Positions 1 through 11,276 of a stretch of 32,568 nt of DNA are shown here, piece by piece. The DNA lies in NCBI GenBank assembly GCA_026985785.1, contig JALSPT010000172.1, forward strand, positions 1 through 32,568. Direction: 5' to 3'. The position numbers and the translations under genes were made by a program. The notes below the pieces were generated by a model. That model searched no databases and was not told the origin of the DNA. It saw nothing but the letters and a program-made list of their open reading frames with translations. The stretch's first letter is position 1, and the number at the start of each line of letters is the position of its first letter. Origin of the DNA: Anaerolineales bacterium. Its GTDB lineage: Bacteria > Chloroflexota > Anaerolineae > Anaerolineales > DRMV01.

Positions 1-569
1 GGTTCGGCAGCCATCCGGCGCACCACCCGCGGCGCTTCCACCCACATTTCGGCCACGAAACGGTCGGAAGGCAACCCCGCGTTGAGGCCATCGCGCATCG
101 TGCCGTACACCTCCCGCCAATAAGTGCGGCACACCGCGCCCAATTTGCGGATGTTGAGATGCGCATTGCGGCTGAGCAGGGGGTCGTAAGTCCAGGTGAT
201 GAGCGGCAACCCCTGATGGCGCACCCACTGCCATTGGGCGCGTTTGAGGTGATAGGCCAGGCCCAACCCCCGATAGGCCGGGAGCACGCCGAGTTGGTGC
301 GAGCAATGCTTGAAGCGACGCGCCCCATCCTGCTCATGAATGCCGGGGAAGCCGTACACAAAACCCGCCATCTCCTCATCCGGCAGATGATAGGCCCCCA
401 GCACCACCCCGCCGTTGTGGGCAAAGGTCAGCAGGATGTGGTCGGGGACGATATCGGTCTCCGAGCCGGGCCACACGGCGCGCTGGATGGCTTCGACCGC
501 CCGCATCTCGGCAGGCGTTTCCAGGAAGCGGATTTCAAATACCTGGCCGTGGAGGTCAAGGCGACGCAT
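1..569 (-). CDS. GNAT-family predicted acetyltransferase (COG3375-like), 3' end runs off the window edge
   Basis: Not in the ORF track because it is truncated. Manual translation from ATG at 569 gives MRRLDLHGQVFEIRFLETPAEMRAVEAIQRAVWPGSETDIVPDH...HCSHQLGVLPAYRGLGLAYHLKRAQ...WTYDPLLSRNAHLNIRKLGA...YGTMRDGLNAGLPSDRF. It contains GNAT motif A (V..xRGxGLA) and WTYDP/N..LN..KLG. GAGGTG SD overlaps the upstream stop codon. Confidence 0.85.
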   Translation of the reverse strand, partial: MRRLDLHGQVFEIRFLETPAEMRAVEAIQRAVWPGSETDIVPDHILLTFAHNGGVVLGAYHLPDEEMAGFVYGFPGIHEQDGARRFKHCSHQLGVLPAYRGLGLAYHLKRAQWQWVRHQGLPLITWTYDPLLSRNAHLNIRKLGAVCRTYWREVYGTMRDGLNAGLPSDRFVAEMWVEAPRVVRRMAAE

Positions 570-572
570 GGT

Positions 573-1502
573 TCACCTCGCAAAGAGCAAGCGCAACAAG
601 CGACGGCGCCAGGGAACACCTTGCAAATGGGTCAAGCGGTCGACGAACCGCTCCGGCAGCAGGCCAAACTCGCGCGGCAGGGTGTCGGCGGGGGCAATGC
701 GGTCGGCGGCGAAGTAATCCAGCCAGAAGGCCGAAGCGGGCAGGCGGGGGAAAAAGTAGCGCACCCACAGTAAGAGATGGCGCAGGTAGGCCGGCGTCAG
801 GCCGATGAAGCGGCGGCGCAGCCCCACCGCCCGAGCGACCTCCTCCGCGACCTCCCGCAAGGTCAGGTGCTCCGCGCCACCCACCAGCAGCGTCCGGGCT
901 GCCGGAGGCAAAGCCTCCAACGCCAGCACCACCGCCGCGGCCAAATCCTCCACCCACAGGGGGTGCAACAGGTTCTCACCGCCGCCGGGGAGGGGAAAAA
1001 CCGGCGCAGCGTGCAGCAGCAGCGCCAGGGTGGTGGTGAAATCGTCTCCCGCCCCAAAAGGCAGCCCCACCCGAAAGACCGTGGCAGGCAGGTCAAAGCG
1101 TTGGAACGCCAGTTCGGCCAGGCCGTGGGCCTTGAACCACGGGTAAGCCGAGGCCGGTTCGGCGCCCAGGGTGCTGAGGTGAAGGATGTAAGGCGTATGG
1201 GCTTCGGCGGCGGCTTCGGCCAGCGTTTGCACATGGCGGACGAAGGGCAGCACATCGGCATCAGGCGGGGGAAAAACCACGCCGGCAGCCGAAACCACGG
1301 CCTCGATGCCCACCAGCGCGGCACGCACCCCGCGCGGGTCATCGGGAGAGGTCAACACAGCCTCCACAGTGACGCCTGTCGGCAAGGCTCGGCGGTTCGC
1401 CCCCGGCGGGATGAGGGCGCGCACATCGTGGCCGCCTAACGCCAGATGGCGTACGATGGCCTGCCCCACAAAGTTGTCCGTTCCAATGACCAGCACCCGC
1501 AT
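573..1502 (-). CDS. NDUFA9-like / atypical SDR NAD(P)-binding protein with degenerate motifs
   Basis: [20 protein letters not shown] Rossmann-like N-terminus, [15 protein letters not shown], and PLWVEDLA. Start moved to ATG 1502, 6 nt after TATAAT. Confidence 0.8.
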   Translation of the reverse strand: MRVLVIGTDNFVGQAIVRHLALGGHDVRALIPPGANRRALPTGVTVEAVLTSPDDPRGVRAALVGIEAVVSAAGVVFPPPDADVLPFVRHVQTLAEAAAEAHTPYILHLSTLGAEPASAYPWFKAHGLAELAFQRFDLPATVFRVGLPFGAGDDFTTTLALLLHAAPVFPLPGGGENLLHPLWVEDLAAAVVLALEALPPAARTLLVGGAEHLTLREVAEEVARAVGLRRRFIGLTPAYLRHLLLWVRYFFPRLPASAFWLDYFAADRIAPADTLPREFGLLPERFVDRLTHLQGVPWRRRLLRLLFAR

Positions 1503-1508
1503 GGTTTC

Positions 1509-1540
1509 ATTATACCGCCGCGGCAAACTGCGGTACAATC
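1509..1540. promoter_or_regulatory. Back-to-back -10 elements: TATAAT (minus, SDR) and TACAAT (plus, folE)
   Basis: ATTATA at 1509-1514 and TACAAT at 1534-1539 in the short divergent intergenic region. Confidence 0.55.
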
Positions 1541-1589
1541 ACGGATATCCAGGGGGCTGCCCCTGTTCACCTTATCGTGGAGGCTTTCC

Positions 1590-2219
1590 ATGTCTTCCCC
1601 AAACTCCATCTACAACGCCGCCGGCTTGCTGGACGGCGAGATCGACGAAGCACGCATTCGCCGCGCGGTGGCCGACATGCTGACCGCTTTCGGCGAAGAT
1701 CCCCAGCGGGACGGCCTGCTGCGCACCCCCGAGCGCGTCGCCCGCATGTACGGCGAACTGCTGGCCGGTTATCGCACCGACCCGGTGGCGTTGGTCAACG
1801 ACGCCCTGTTCGAAGTGGATTACGACGAAATGGTGTTGGTGCGTGACATTGAGTTCTATTCCCTGTGCGAACACCACATGCTGCCTTTTGTGGGGCGTGC
1901 CCACGTGGCTTACATTCCCAAAGGGCGGGTATTGGGGCTGTCCAAAATTCCCCGCATCGTGGACATGTTCGCCCGCCGCTTGCAAGTCCAGGAACGGCTG
2001 ACCCGCCAGATTGCCGACTTTCTGGACGAATTGCTGCACCCCCACGGCGTGGCCGTGGTGATCGAAGCGTATCACATGTGTGCCATGATACGCGGCGTAA
2101 AGAAGCACGATGCAAGGATGGTCACGTCCACCATGTTAGGGTCGTTCCGCACCAACCTGGCCACCCGCAACGAATTCATGGCCCACATCAGCCGCGGTGC
2201 AGAGCCTTTGCGTCTGTGA
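1590..2219 (+). CDS. folE: GTP cyclohydrolase I
   Basis: Motifs [61 protein letters not shown] before ATG 1590. Confidence 0.97.
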   Translation: MSSPNSIYNAAGLLDGEIDEARIRRAVADMLTAFGEDPQRDGLLRTPERVARMYGELLAGYRTDPVALVNDALFEVDYDEMVLVRDIEFYSLCEHHMLPFVGRAHVAYIPKGRVLGLSKIPRIVDMFARRLQVQERLTRQIADFLDELLHPHGVAVVIEAYHMCAMIRGVKKHDARMVTSTMLGSFRTNLATRNEFMAHISRGAEPLRL

Positions 2220-2244
2220 GCGCGGTATAATTGGCACCACCAAT

Positions 2245-2317
2245 GCCCCAGTAGCTCAGAGGATAGAGCAACTGCCTCCTAAGCAGTGGGTCGCGGGTTC
2301 GACTCCCGCCTGGGGCT
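2245..2317 (+). tRNA. tRNA-Arg (anticodon CCT), CCA not encoded
   Basis: Acceptor stem GCCCCAG/CTGGGGC, anticodon arm ACTGC-CTCCTAA-GCAGT, T-loop TTCGACT. TATAAT at 2226-2231 upstream. Confidence 0.95.
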
Positions 2318-2334
2318 TTGCCCTGAAAACCCAA

Positions 2335-2359
2335 AAGGCGGCCTGCAGAAGGCCGCCTT
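2335..2359. terminator. Hairpin between convergent tRNAs, probably a bidirectional terminator
   Basis: AAGGCGGCCT-gcaga-AGGCCGCCTT, with a U-rich tail on the minus strand. Confidence 0.7.
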
Positions 2360-2361
2360 GC

Positions 2362-2450
<89 letters not shown>

Positions 2451-2460
2451 ACGCAGGGTA

Positions 2461-2489
2461 AGTATAATCGGATTGGTAAAAGGGGTCAA
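2461..2489 (-). promoter_or_regulatory. Sigma70-type promoter of tRNA-Leu
   Basis: TTGACC-N17-TATACT on the minus strand. Confidence 0.75.
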
Positions 2490-2601
2490 TAATTTTCAGA
2501 GTGCTGTTGAGAGAAAAACGCATCACGGACGCCCCCTTCTCCGCCCACGCACGCCGCCAGCAGAGGAATACAACCTGCCTGGGACACAAACACCTGCCGG
2601 C

Positions 2602-2619
2602 TTGTGCAAATTTGCACAA
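2602..2619. promoter_or_regulatory. Rex operator (ROP)
   Basis: Perfect 18-bp palindrome TTGTGCAAATTTGCACAA, resembling the Rex consensus TTGTGAA-N4-TTCACAA, directly upstream of rex. Confidence 0.88.
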
Positions 2620-2640
2620 GGAGACGGTTTGTGGTACATT
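2612..2640 (+). promoter_or_regulatory. rex promoter
   Basis: TTGCAC (2612-2617)-N17-TACATT (2635-2640) with extended TGn. The -35 lies inside the operator. Confidence 0.7.
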
Positions 2641-2683
2641 TTGAACAGCAATCGTTCGACCTTTTCACCCAGCGAGGGTTTGC

Positions 2684-3304
2684 ATGGCCAAGAAACCGGA
2701 AATTCCCCACGTCGTCGTCAGCCGCCTCCCTATCTACCTCCGAGCATTGGAACACGCTCGGCAGGAAGGGCTGACGTGCATCTCTTCGCAGGAACTCGGC
2801 GAGCGGCTGAGCATTTCCTCAGCCCAAATTCGCAAAGACCTTTCCATGTTCGGCGAATACGGCAAACAAGGCCGCGGCTACCCTGTTGATGCCCTCATCC
2901 ACGCCTTGCGTCAGCATCTGCACGTCGACCGGGTATGGGACGTCGTCCTCGTCGGTGTGGGCGACCTGGGGCACGCTCTGGCGCGCTACAAAGGCTTTGC
3001 CGAACGCGGCTTCCGCATCGCCATGGCCTTCGACAAGGACCCAGCCAAAATCGGCACCACCGCGGGAGACCTCACGGTGGAAGACATCCGCCTGTTGGCC
3101 CGGCGGGTACAGGAAGCCGGTATCAAGATCGGGATGATCGCCACCCCTGCCGCTGCCGCCCAGGAGGTTGCCAACCTGCTGGTCTTTGCAGGCGTCAGAG
3201 CCATCCTCAACTATGCCCCCATCCATCTCACCGTGCCAAACGACGTGCGCGTGGAATACCTCGACCCGGTGATCCCGCTCCAACGGATGACCTATTACCT
3301 CTAA
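2684..3304 (+). CDS. rex: Redox-sensing transcriptional repressor Rex
   Basis: RLPIYLR, ISSQELG, QIRKDLSMFGEYGKQGRGY, LVGVGDLG Rossmann motif, ILNYAP. Confidence 0.97.
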   Translation: MAKKPEIPHVVVSRLPIYLRALEHARQEGLTCISSQELGERLSISSAQIRKDLSMFGEYGKQGRGYPVDALIHALRQHLHVDRVWDVVLVGVGDLGHALARYKGFAERGFRIAMAFDKDPAKIGTTAGDLTVEDIRLLARRVQEAGIKIGMIATPAAAAQEVANLLVFAGVRAILNYAPIHLTVPNDVRVEYLDPVIPLQRMTYYL

Positions 3305-3341
3305 AAACATCATCCCCCAAGGCAACGGGGGATGATGTTTT
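3304..3341. terminator. Bidirectional intrinsic terminator between rex and mreB
   Basis: AAAACATCATCCCCC-aaggcaac-GGGGGATGATGTTTT, a 15-bp perfect stem. Confidence 0.85.
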
Positions 3342-3360
3342 CACAAAAAGGGGAGGCCGC

Positions 3361-4368
3361 CTACAGCGGCACGAGATGTCGCCGCAGGATGGCAAACTGT
3401 TCCAGGCCGCGAGCAGCGCCCAGCGCCGCTGCCGTCTGGGGGTTGTCCACCAGGTAAGCCGGCACGCCGAGTTCCTTGGTCATCAAACGGTCGAGGCCGC
3501 GCAACAAAGCCGATCCGCCACAAAGCGCAATCCCCCGGTCGATAACATCGGCAGCCAGTTCGGGGGGGGTCTTCTCCATCGCCAGCCGGACGGCCTCTAT
3601 CATTTCACCCAGAGGGGCTTCCAGCGCCTCGACCACCTCGCTGGTGGTCAGCGTGATTTCGCGCGGCAGGCCGGTGACCTGGTCCTGCCCCTGCACCTCG
3701 GCACTCATTTCCTCGTCCAATGGCACCGCCGCGCCAATCTTGATCTTCACCTGCTCGGCGGTCGGCTGGCCGATCACCAGGCCATACTTGCGGCGGACAT
3801 AGGTGATCAGCGCCTCGTCCAGCGCCCGACCGCCTTTCCGCAGGGTTTCCGCCGAGACCACGCCATACATCGCGATGACGGCGGCCTGGGTAGTGCCGGA
3901 GCCAATGTTGACGATCATGTTGCCCGCCGGGCTGCCCACTGGCAGATCGGCGCCCAGCGCCGAGGCCAACGGCGTCGGCAGCAGATAGACTTCGCTGCTC
4001 CCGGCCTGCAAAGCCGCCTCGTGCACCGCCCGCCGCTCCACGCTGGTGACGCCGTAGGGCACGGTAATCATCACCTTGGGACGGAAAAGCCACGATCCCC
4101 CACCCGCTTTGCGCAACAGGATGTGGAGCAGTTTCTCCGTCAGTTCGTAATAGGCCACCACCCCGTTCTGCAACGGGCGGATGACCTCGTAAACATCGGG
4201 GGCGCGGCCTTCCATTTCGGCGGCCTCCGCGCCGGCAGCCACCATTCGGCGCTCGGCCACCGCCACGGCCACCAGGGTCGGTTCGTCCAACAACACCTGG
4301 TCGCCTTCGGCAATCCGCACCCGCTCGGTACCCAGGTCGATACCCAGGTTCCGCGAAAAAAGTGCCAT
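3361..4368 (-). CDS. mreB: Rod shape-determining protein MreB/Mbl family
   Basis: GIDLGT, IRPLQNGVV, VTSVERRAV, AEQVKIKIG, EKTPPELAAD, LCGGSALL. Confidence 0.92.
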   Translation of the reverse strand: MALFSRNLGIDLGTERVRIAEGDQVLLDEPTLVAVAVAERRMVAAGAEAAEMEGRAPDVYEVIRPLQNGVVAYYELTEKLLHILLRKAGGGSWLFRPKVMITVPYGVTSVERRAVHEAALQAGSSEVYLLPTPLASALGADLPVGSPAGNMIVNIGSGTTQAAVIAMYGVVSAETLRKGGRALDEALITYVRRKYGLVIGQPTAEQVKIKIGAAVPLDEEMSAEVQGQDQVTGLPREITLTTSEVVEALEAPLGEMIEAVRLAMEKTPPELAADVIDRGIALCGGSALLRGLDRLMTKELGVPAYLVDNPQTAAALGAARGLEQFAILRRHLVPL

Positions 4369-4376
4369 CGGGGGGC

Positions 4377-4829
4377 CTAATCCTCATCCTCTGCGGGGCC
4401 GCTCTGAATCTGCGGGCCGCGCTTGGGGCGGAAACGGCGGGCGGCTTCCAGACGAATGCGCGCGCGCTGCAAAGCCGCCTGGGCAGCAAGGTGTTCTGCG
4501 GCGCTCGGCGGGGTCTTCTTCAACAATTCTTCGGCGCGCTTGCGGGCGGCCTCGGCGCGCTGAACATCGATTTCAGCAACATGCTCGGATGCATCGGCCA
4601 ACACGGTCACCTTGTCGGGGCGCACTTCCACCACTCCGCCCGTCACGGTGAAAACCTCTTCCTCGCCGTTGCGCACCACTTTGATGAAGCCCGGCTTGAG
4701 GGTGGAAAGCAAGGGGGCGTGGTTGGGCAGGATGCCCATCTCACCACCGGCCCCCGGCACCACCACCATATCGGCCTCGCCGGACCACACCATGCGATCC
4801 TGGGAGACGATTTCGCAACGAATGGGCAT
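4377..4829 (-). CDS. atpC: F1 ATP synthase epsilon subunit
   Basis: GEMGILPNHAPLLSTL, GGVVEV, EIDVQRAEAARKRAE. Follows atpD. Confidence 0.96.
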   Translation of the reverse strand: MPIRCEIVSQDRMVWSGEADMVVVPGAGGEMGILPNHAPLLSTLKPGFIKVVRNGEEEVFTVTGGVVEVRPDKVTVLADASEHVAEIDVQRAEAARKRAEELLKKTPPSAAEHLAAQAALQRARIRLEAARRFRPKRGPQIQSGPAEDED

Positions 4830-4837
4830 AACGCCTC

Positions 4838-6301
<1,464 letters not shown>

Positions 6302-7228
6302 TCAGCCGCCTGCGGCTTTGCGGGCTGCGGCAGCCATAGCCTGCGCCAGGGCTTCGGCACCGCCAGCGATGTCCAACATTTCGCTGGTAATGCTCTGCTG
6401 GCGGGCTTTGTTGTATTCCAGTTGCAGCGCGTCGGCCAGTTCGCTGGCGTTATCGGTCGCATTCTTCATCGCCACCATCCGGGCGGCGTGCTCACTGGCT
6501 TGCGACTCCAGAATGGCGTGGAAAACCTGCAACTGGGTAAAGCGCGGCACAATTTCGTTGAGAATCTCAACCTCATCCGGCTCGTAAATATACGCAGCCA
6601 GCGGCTTGTGCCCCGCCGTAGGCGCAAAATCTTGCACCCGCCCCGCATCTTCCACTTCCAAAGGCAGCAATTTCTTGGAAGTGGGATTTTGCCGCAGCAT
6701 ATTGACGAAATCGGTGTACACCAGGTAGATTTCGTCGGCTTTGCCGCTGAGGAACTCTTCCACCAGCAGATGGCCGATGTGGGAAACATCGGCAAACTTG
6801 GGGCGGTCGGGCACGCCGCTGAAATCCGCCACGATGTGCTTGCCGCGCCGGTGAAGAATCTCCCGCCCTTTGCGCCCGATGGTGACGTAATGCACAGGCA
6901 CAGGGTAATCGTCAAATTTCCTGAAGGTATAGCGCAGGATGTTGGTGTTGTAAGGGCCGGCGAGGCCGCGGTCGCTGGTGATCAGCGCCACGAGGACGTT
7001 TTTGACCTCGGTGCGGCGCGTCATCAGCGGGTGCATCTGGTCACGGCCAGGCTGGTTGGCAATGTGCGTCAACACCTCCCACGCCTTGGTGGCATAGGGG
7101 CGGGTGGCCTCTACCGTGGCAATCGCCCGCTGCACCTTGCTCGCGCTGACCGCCTGCAAGGCGCGCGTAATCTGCGCGATGTTCTTGACGCTGCGAATAC
7201 GAAGTTTAACCTCTCGTGCTGTTGCCAT
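6302..7228 (-). CDS. atpG: F1 ATP synthase gamma subunit
   Basis: RIRSVKNIAQITRA, TSDRGLAG, SEHAARMVAMKNATDNA, YNKARQQSITSE. Confidence 0.98.
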   Translation of the reverse strand: MATAREVKLRIRSVKNIAQITRALQAVSASKVQRAIATVEATRPYATKAWEVLTHIANQPGRDQMHPLMTRRTEVKNVLVALITSDRGLAGPYNTNILRYTFRKFDDYPVPVHYVTIGRKGREILHRRGKHIVADFSGVPDRPKFADVSHIGHLLVEEFLSGKADEIYLVYTDFVNMLRQNPTSKKLLPLEVEDAGRVQDFAPTAGHKPLAAYIYEPDEVEILNEIVPRFTQLQVFHAILESQASEHAARMVAMKNATDNASELADALQLEYNKARQQSITSEMLDIAGGAEALAQAMAAAARKAAGG

Positions 7229-7240
7229 AGGCGTTTATCC

Positions 7241-8908
<1,668 letters not shown>

Positions 8909-8924
8909 TTCGCCTCCAGAATAC

Positions 8925-9995
8925 TCACCGCGTCAATGCGGCCACCGTCTGCGCGTCCAACCGCTGCAGCACGGCCACCAGCAATTGCACGGCCTGATCA
9001 AAGTCGTTACGATGAATGATCGCACTATGAGAATGAATGTGCCGTGCAGGCACACTGAGCACCACGGTGGGCACGCCGGTGCGGTGGAGGTGGATCACCG
9101 CCCCATCGGTTGCGCCGCCTTCTACGAAGGAAATCTGCAAATCCACACCGATTTCTTTTGCCGTATCCACTAGCAAGTCGCGCAAGGCCAAATTGGGCAC
9201 CATGCTGCGGTCGTAGATTAGTAAGGAAGGCCCTCCACCCATTTTGGCGGGCGCCTGGTCGGGCTGCACGCCGGGCACGTCGCCGGCAATATCCGATTCC
9301 AACACGATGGCAACGTCCGGCTCCACAGCCCACACGCTGGTATGCGCGCCACGCACCCCCACTTCTTCCTGCACCGTCGCCACGGCGTACACCGTGTTGG
9401 GGTGCGCCTGCGTTTGCAGCGCCTCCAACACCTCCAGCATCATCGCCACCCCCACCCGGTCGTCGAACGCCTTGGAGAGATAGGACTTGCCATTGGCCAA
9501 AACGACAAAGTCGGCGCGCGGCACCACCGGATCCCCAGGCCGCACACCGGCTTCTTCCACCTCTTCCCGCGAGGTTGCGCCAATGTCGATGTACATATCC
9601 TTTTTTTGGACGACCTTGTTGCGCTCATCAGGCGGGAGGATGTGGGGCGGTTTGGCGCCAATCACCCCCACCACGTCGCCCTTGCGGGTTTTGATGATCA
9701 CCCGATGCCCCAAAAGCACCTGATCGAACCAACCGCCCAGGGGCAAAAACTTGATGAAGCCCTCCTTGGTGATGTGTTTGACCATGAACCCCACTTCGTC
9801 CATGTGGGCGGCCAACATCACCCGGGGGGCTTCCGCGCTGCCGGGTTTACGGCAAACGAGACTTCCCAGGCCATCCTGAGAAATCTCGCCCAACCCTTCA
9901 AGATACTTCCGAATCAACGTCCGCACCGGTGCCTCATAGCCGGGAACGCCGTGCGCTTCGGTCAAAACCTTCAAACGCTGTGCAATTTTATCCAT
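8925..9995 (-). CDS. M42 family metallo-aminopeptidase (TET/FrvX-like)
   Basis: [49 protein letters not shown]. Start placed at ATG 9995. Confidence 0.93.
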   Translation of the reverse strand: MDKIAQRLKVLTEAHGVPGYEAPVRTLIRKYLEGLGEISQDGLGSLVCRKPGSAEAPRVMLAAHMDEVGFMVKHITKEGFIKFLPLGGWFDQVLLGHRVIIKTRKGDVVGVIGAKPPHILPPDERNKVVQKKDMYIDIGATSREEVEEAGVRPGDPVVPRADFVVLANGKSYLSKAFDDRVGVAMMLEVLEALQTQAHPNTVYAVATVQEEVGVRGAHTSVWAVEPDVAIVLESDIAGDVPGVQPDQAPAKMGGGPSLLIYDRSMVPNLALRDLLVDTAKEIGVDLQISFVEGGATDGAVIHLHRTGVPTVVLSVPARHIHSHSAIIHRNDFDQAVQLLVAVLQRLDAQTVAALTR

Positions 9996-10082
9996 GCGGA
10001 ACCGTTTCCTCGGAGGGGGGGATGCCTTCAAGTGACACGCCAAAAAGCCTTAGGCCTGCTTCGCCCTAAGGGGAACGCTAAA

Positions 10083-10111
10083 ATGATACCCGAAAGGGAG
10101 TATATTGTCCA
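10083..10111 (-). promoter_or_regulatory. Candidate promoter for the M42-atp-mreB run
   Basis: TGGACA-N17-TATCAT on the minus strand. An alternative TATACT lies at 10099-10104. Confidence 0.55.
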
Positions 10112-10284
10112 GTTTTACCGTTTTACTGCGAGCGCGCATAGATGGGGGAAGGCCATGCTGGATGGCGTCCCTGCCCTTTGGCGTCGGTTCGCCGCCGCCA
10201 GCCACTAAGCACGTGCAACGCACGTCACCCTTTGCTATCCAACGAGGAGCAGGTTGTTCCTTGAAGACACACCCAGGAAGCACC

Positions 10285-10317
10285 GGGGCAAGACACCGTC
10301 CAGGGGTGTCCTGCCCC
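10285..10317 (-). terminator. Stem-loop just downstream of the 10325-10663 ORF
   Basis: Minus strand GGGGCAGGACACC-cctggac-GGTGTCTTGCCCC, 13 bp with one G-U pair. No U-tract. Confidence 0.5.
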
Positions 10318-10324
10318 TTGCGTG

Positions 10325-10663
10325 TCACGGCAACTTAAGCCCAGGAAAAAGCCACACCAACAACGGCGACCCGATCACCCACCCCAACAGCAACAACCCA
10401 CCACTCCAATAAAGCACTCTGCGGGCAGCGTACGCACGCCCCTGCCACGCGCGACGCAACCGCCACCACGTGCCCAGCCAAATGGCGAAAGCCAGCGCCG
10501 TAAGCGCCGGCCTTACCCAGGCACAAGGCATCCAGTGCAGCGCCATCAACCACGCCCCCACCGGCACCACAGCGCCCACCGCCAGCACGCCCACCCCCGC
10601 TGCGATCACCGCCGCCGCTTCGGCGCCATCCATATAGTCTTCCGAGTGAAAAGGCAACGCCAT
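10325..10663 (-). CDS. Hypothetical small multi-pass membrane protein
   Basis: 112 aa with about 3 hydrophobic segments. AAGGCGT ATG context, 13 nt after the upstream ORF. No family recognised. Confidence 0.6.
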   Translation of the reverse strand: MALPFHSEDYMDGAEAAAVIAAGVGVLAVGAVVPVGAWLMALHWMPCAWVRPALTALAFAIWLGTWWRLRRAWQGRAYAARRVLYWSGGLLLLGWVIGSPLLVWLFPGLKLP

Positions 10664-10676
10664 ACGCCTTGTTCCC

Positions 10677-11135
10677 TTACGGATAGAAAACGCCCTGGGC
10701 CGTCACACTCCCCAAGAGCGCAGAAACCAGTACATTGATCAAACTCACGAGCATCAGCACGCTCACCGCCCGCCGAAACCACACCGGCATCACCAGTTTT
10801 TCTTCCCCTCGACGGGTGAGATAAATACACGCCGTCATGGTAATCGGCACCATTGTCCCCCACGAAGCCATCCACGGCAGCGCCCAACTCACCCACGCTT
10901 CAGGCGCTTTCATCCAATACGCAGGGCGCGCATACATCACGGCTATTCCACTGAAAACCGTGAGCCAGGCAAAAGCCACCATAGCCTGCCAGGGACGTCG
11001 CCGCAGCAAGCGTCGTCGCCGCCCCAGCCAGGGCACGATTTTCCCCAACCGCCCCGCGTCCGCCACACACAGCGTGGTCAGCACCACCAGCGGCAGGCCA
11101 AACACTATGCCGTGCACCAACGCCCAAAAGCGCAT
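10677..11135 (-). CDS. Hypothetical multi-pass membrane protein
   Basis: 152 aa with about 4 hydrophobic segments and an Arg-rich loop. GAGGTGAG SD before ATG. Confidence 0.65.
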   Translation of the reverse strand: MRFWALVHGIVFGLPLVVLTTLCVADAGRLGKIVPWLGRRRRLLRRRPWQAMVAFAWLTVFSGIAVMYARPAYWMKAPEAWVSWALPWMASWGTMVPITMTACIYLTRRGEEKLVMPVWFRRAVSVLMLVSLINVLVSALLGSVTAQGVFYP

Positions 11136-11152
11136 CTCACCTCACCTTGCCC

Positions 11153-11187
11153 AATAAAAAATAACGGCAGCATCGTGCATTACTGCC
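11153..11187 (-). terminator. Intrinsic terminator-like hairpin between rlmD and the 152-aa ORF
   Basis: Minus strand GGCAGTA-atgcacga-TGCTGCC-GTTATTTTTT. Confidence 0.6.
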
Positions 11188-11276
11188 CCAGTATCCATTG
11201 TAGGGGCTGTCAGGGCACATGCACAGCGACAAGTGACACGATTTTTTTATGGATTTGTCACATTTTTTCGGCGGCG

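Noticed and set aside
2935-4380. 481-aa plus-strand ORF overlapping rex and mreB
   Set aside because: It is off-frame or antisense to two well-supported genes and crosses a terminator.
10140-10210. GGCGTCGGTTCGCC segment resembling a fluoride riboswitch start
   Set aside because: It does not match GGCGATGGxGTTCGCC, lacks the downstream conserved elements, and has no plus-strand gene downstream.
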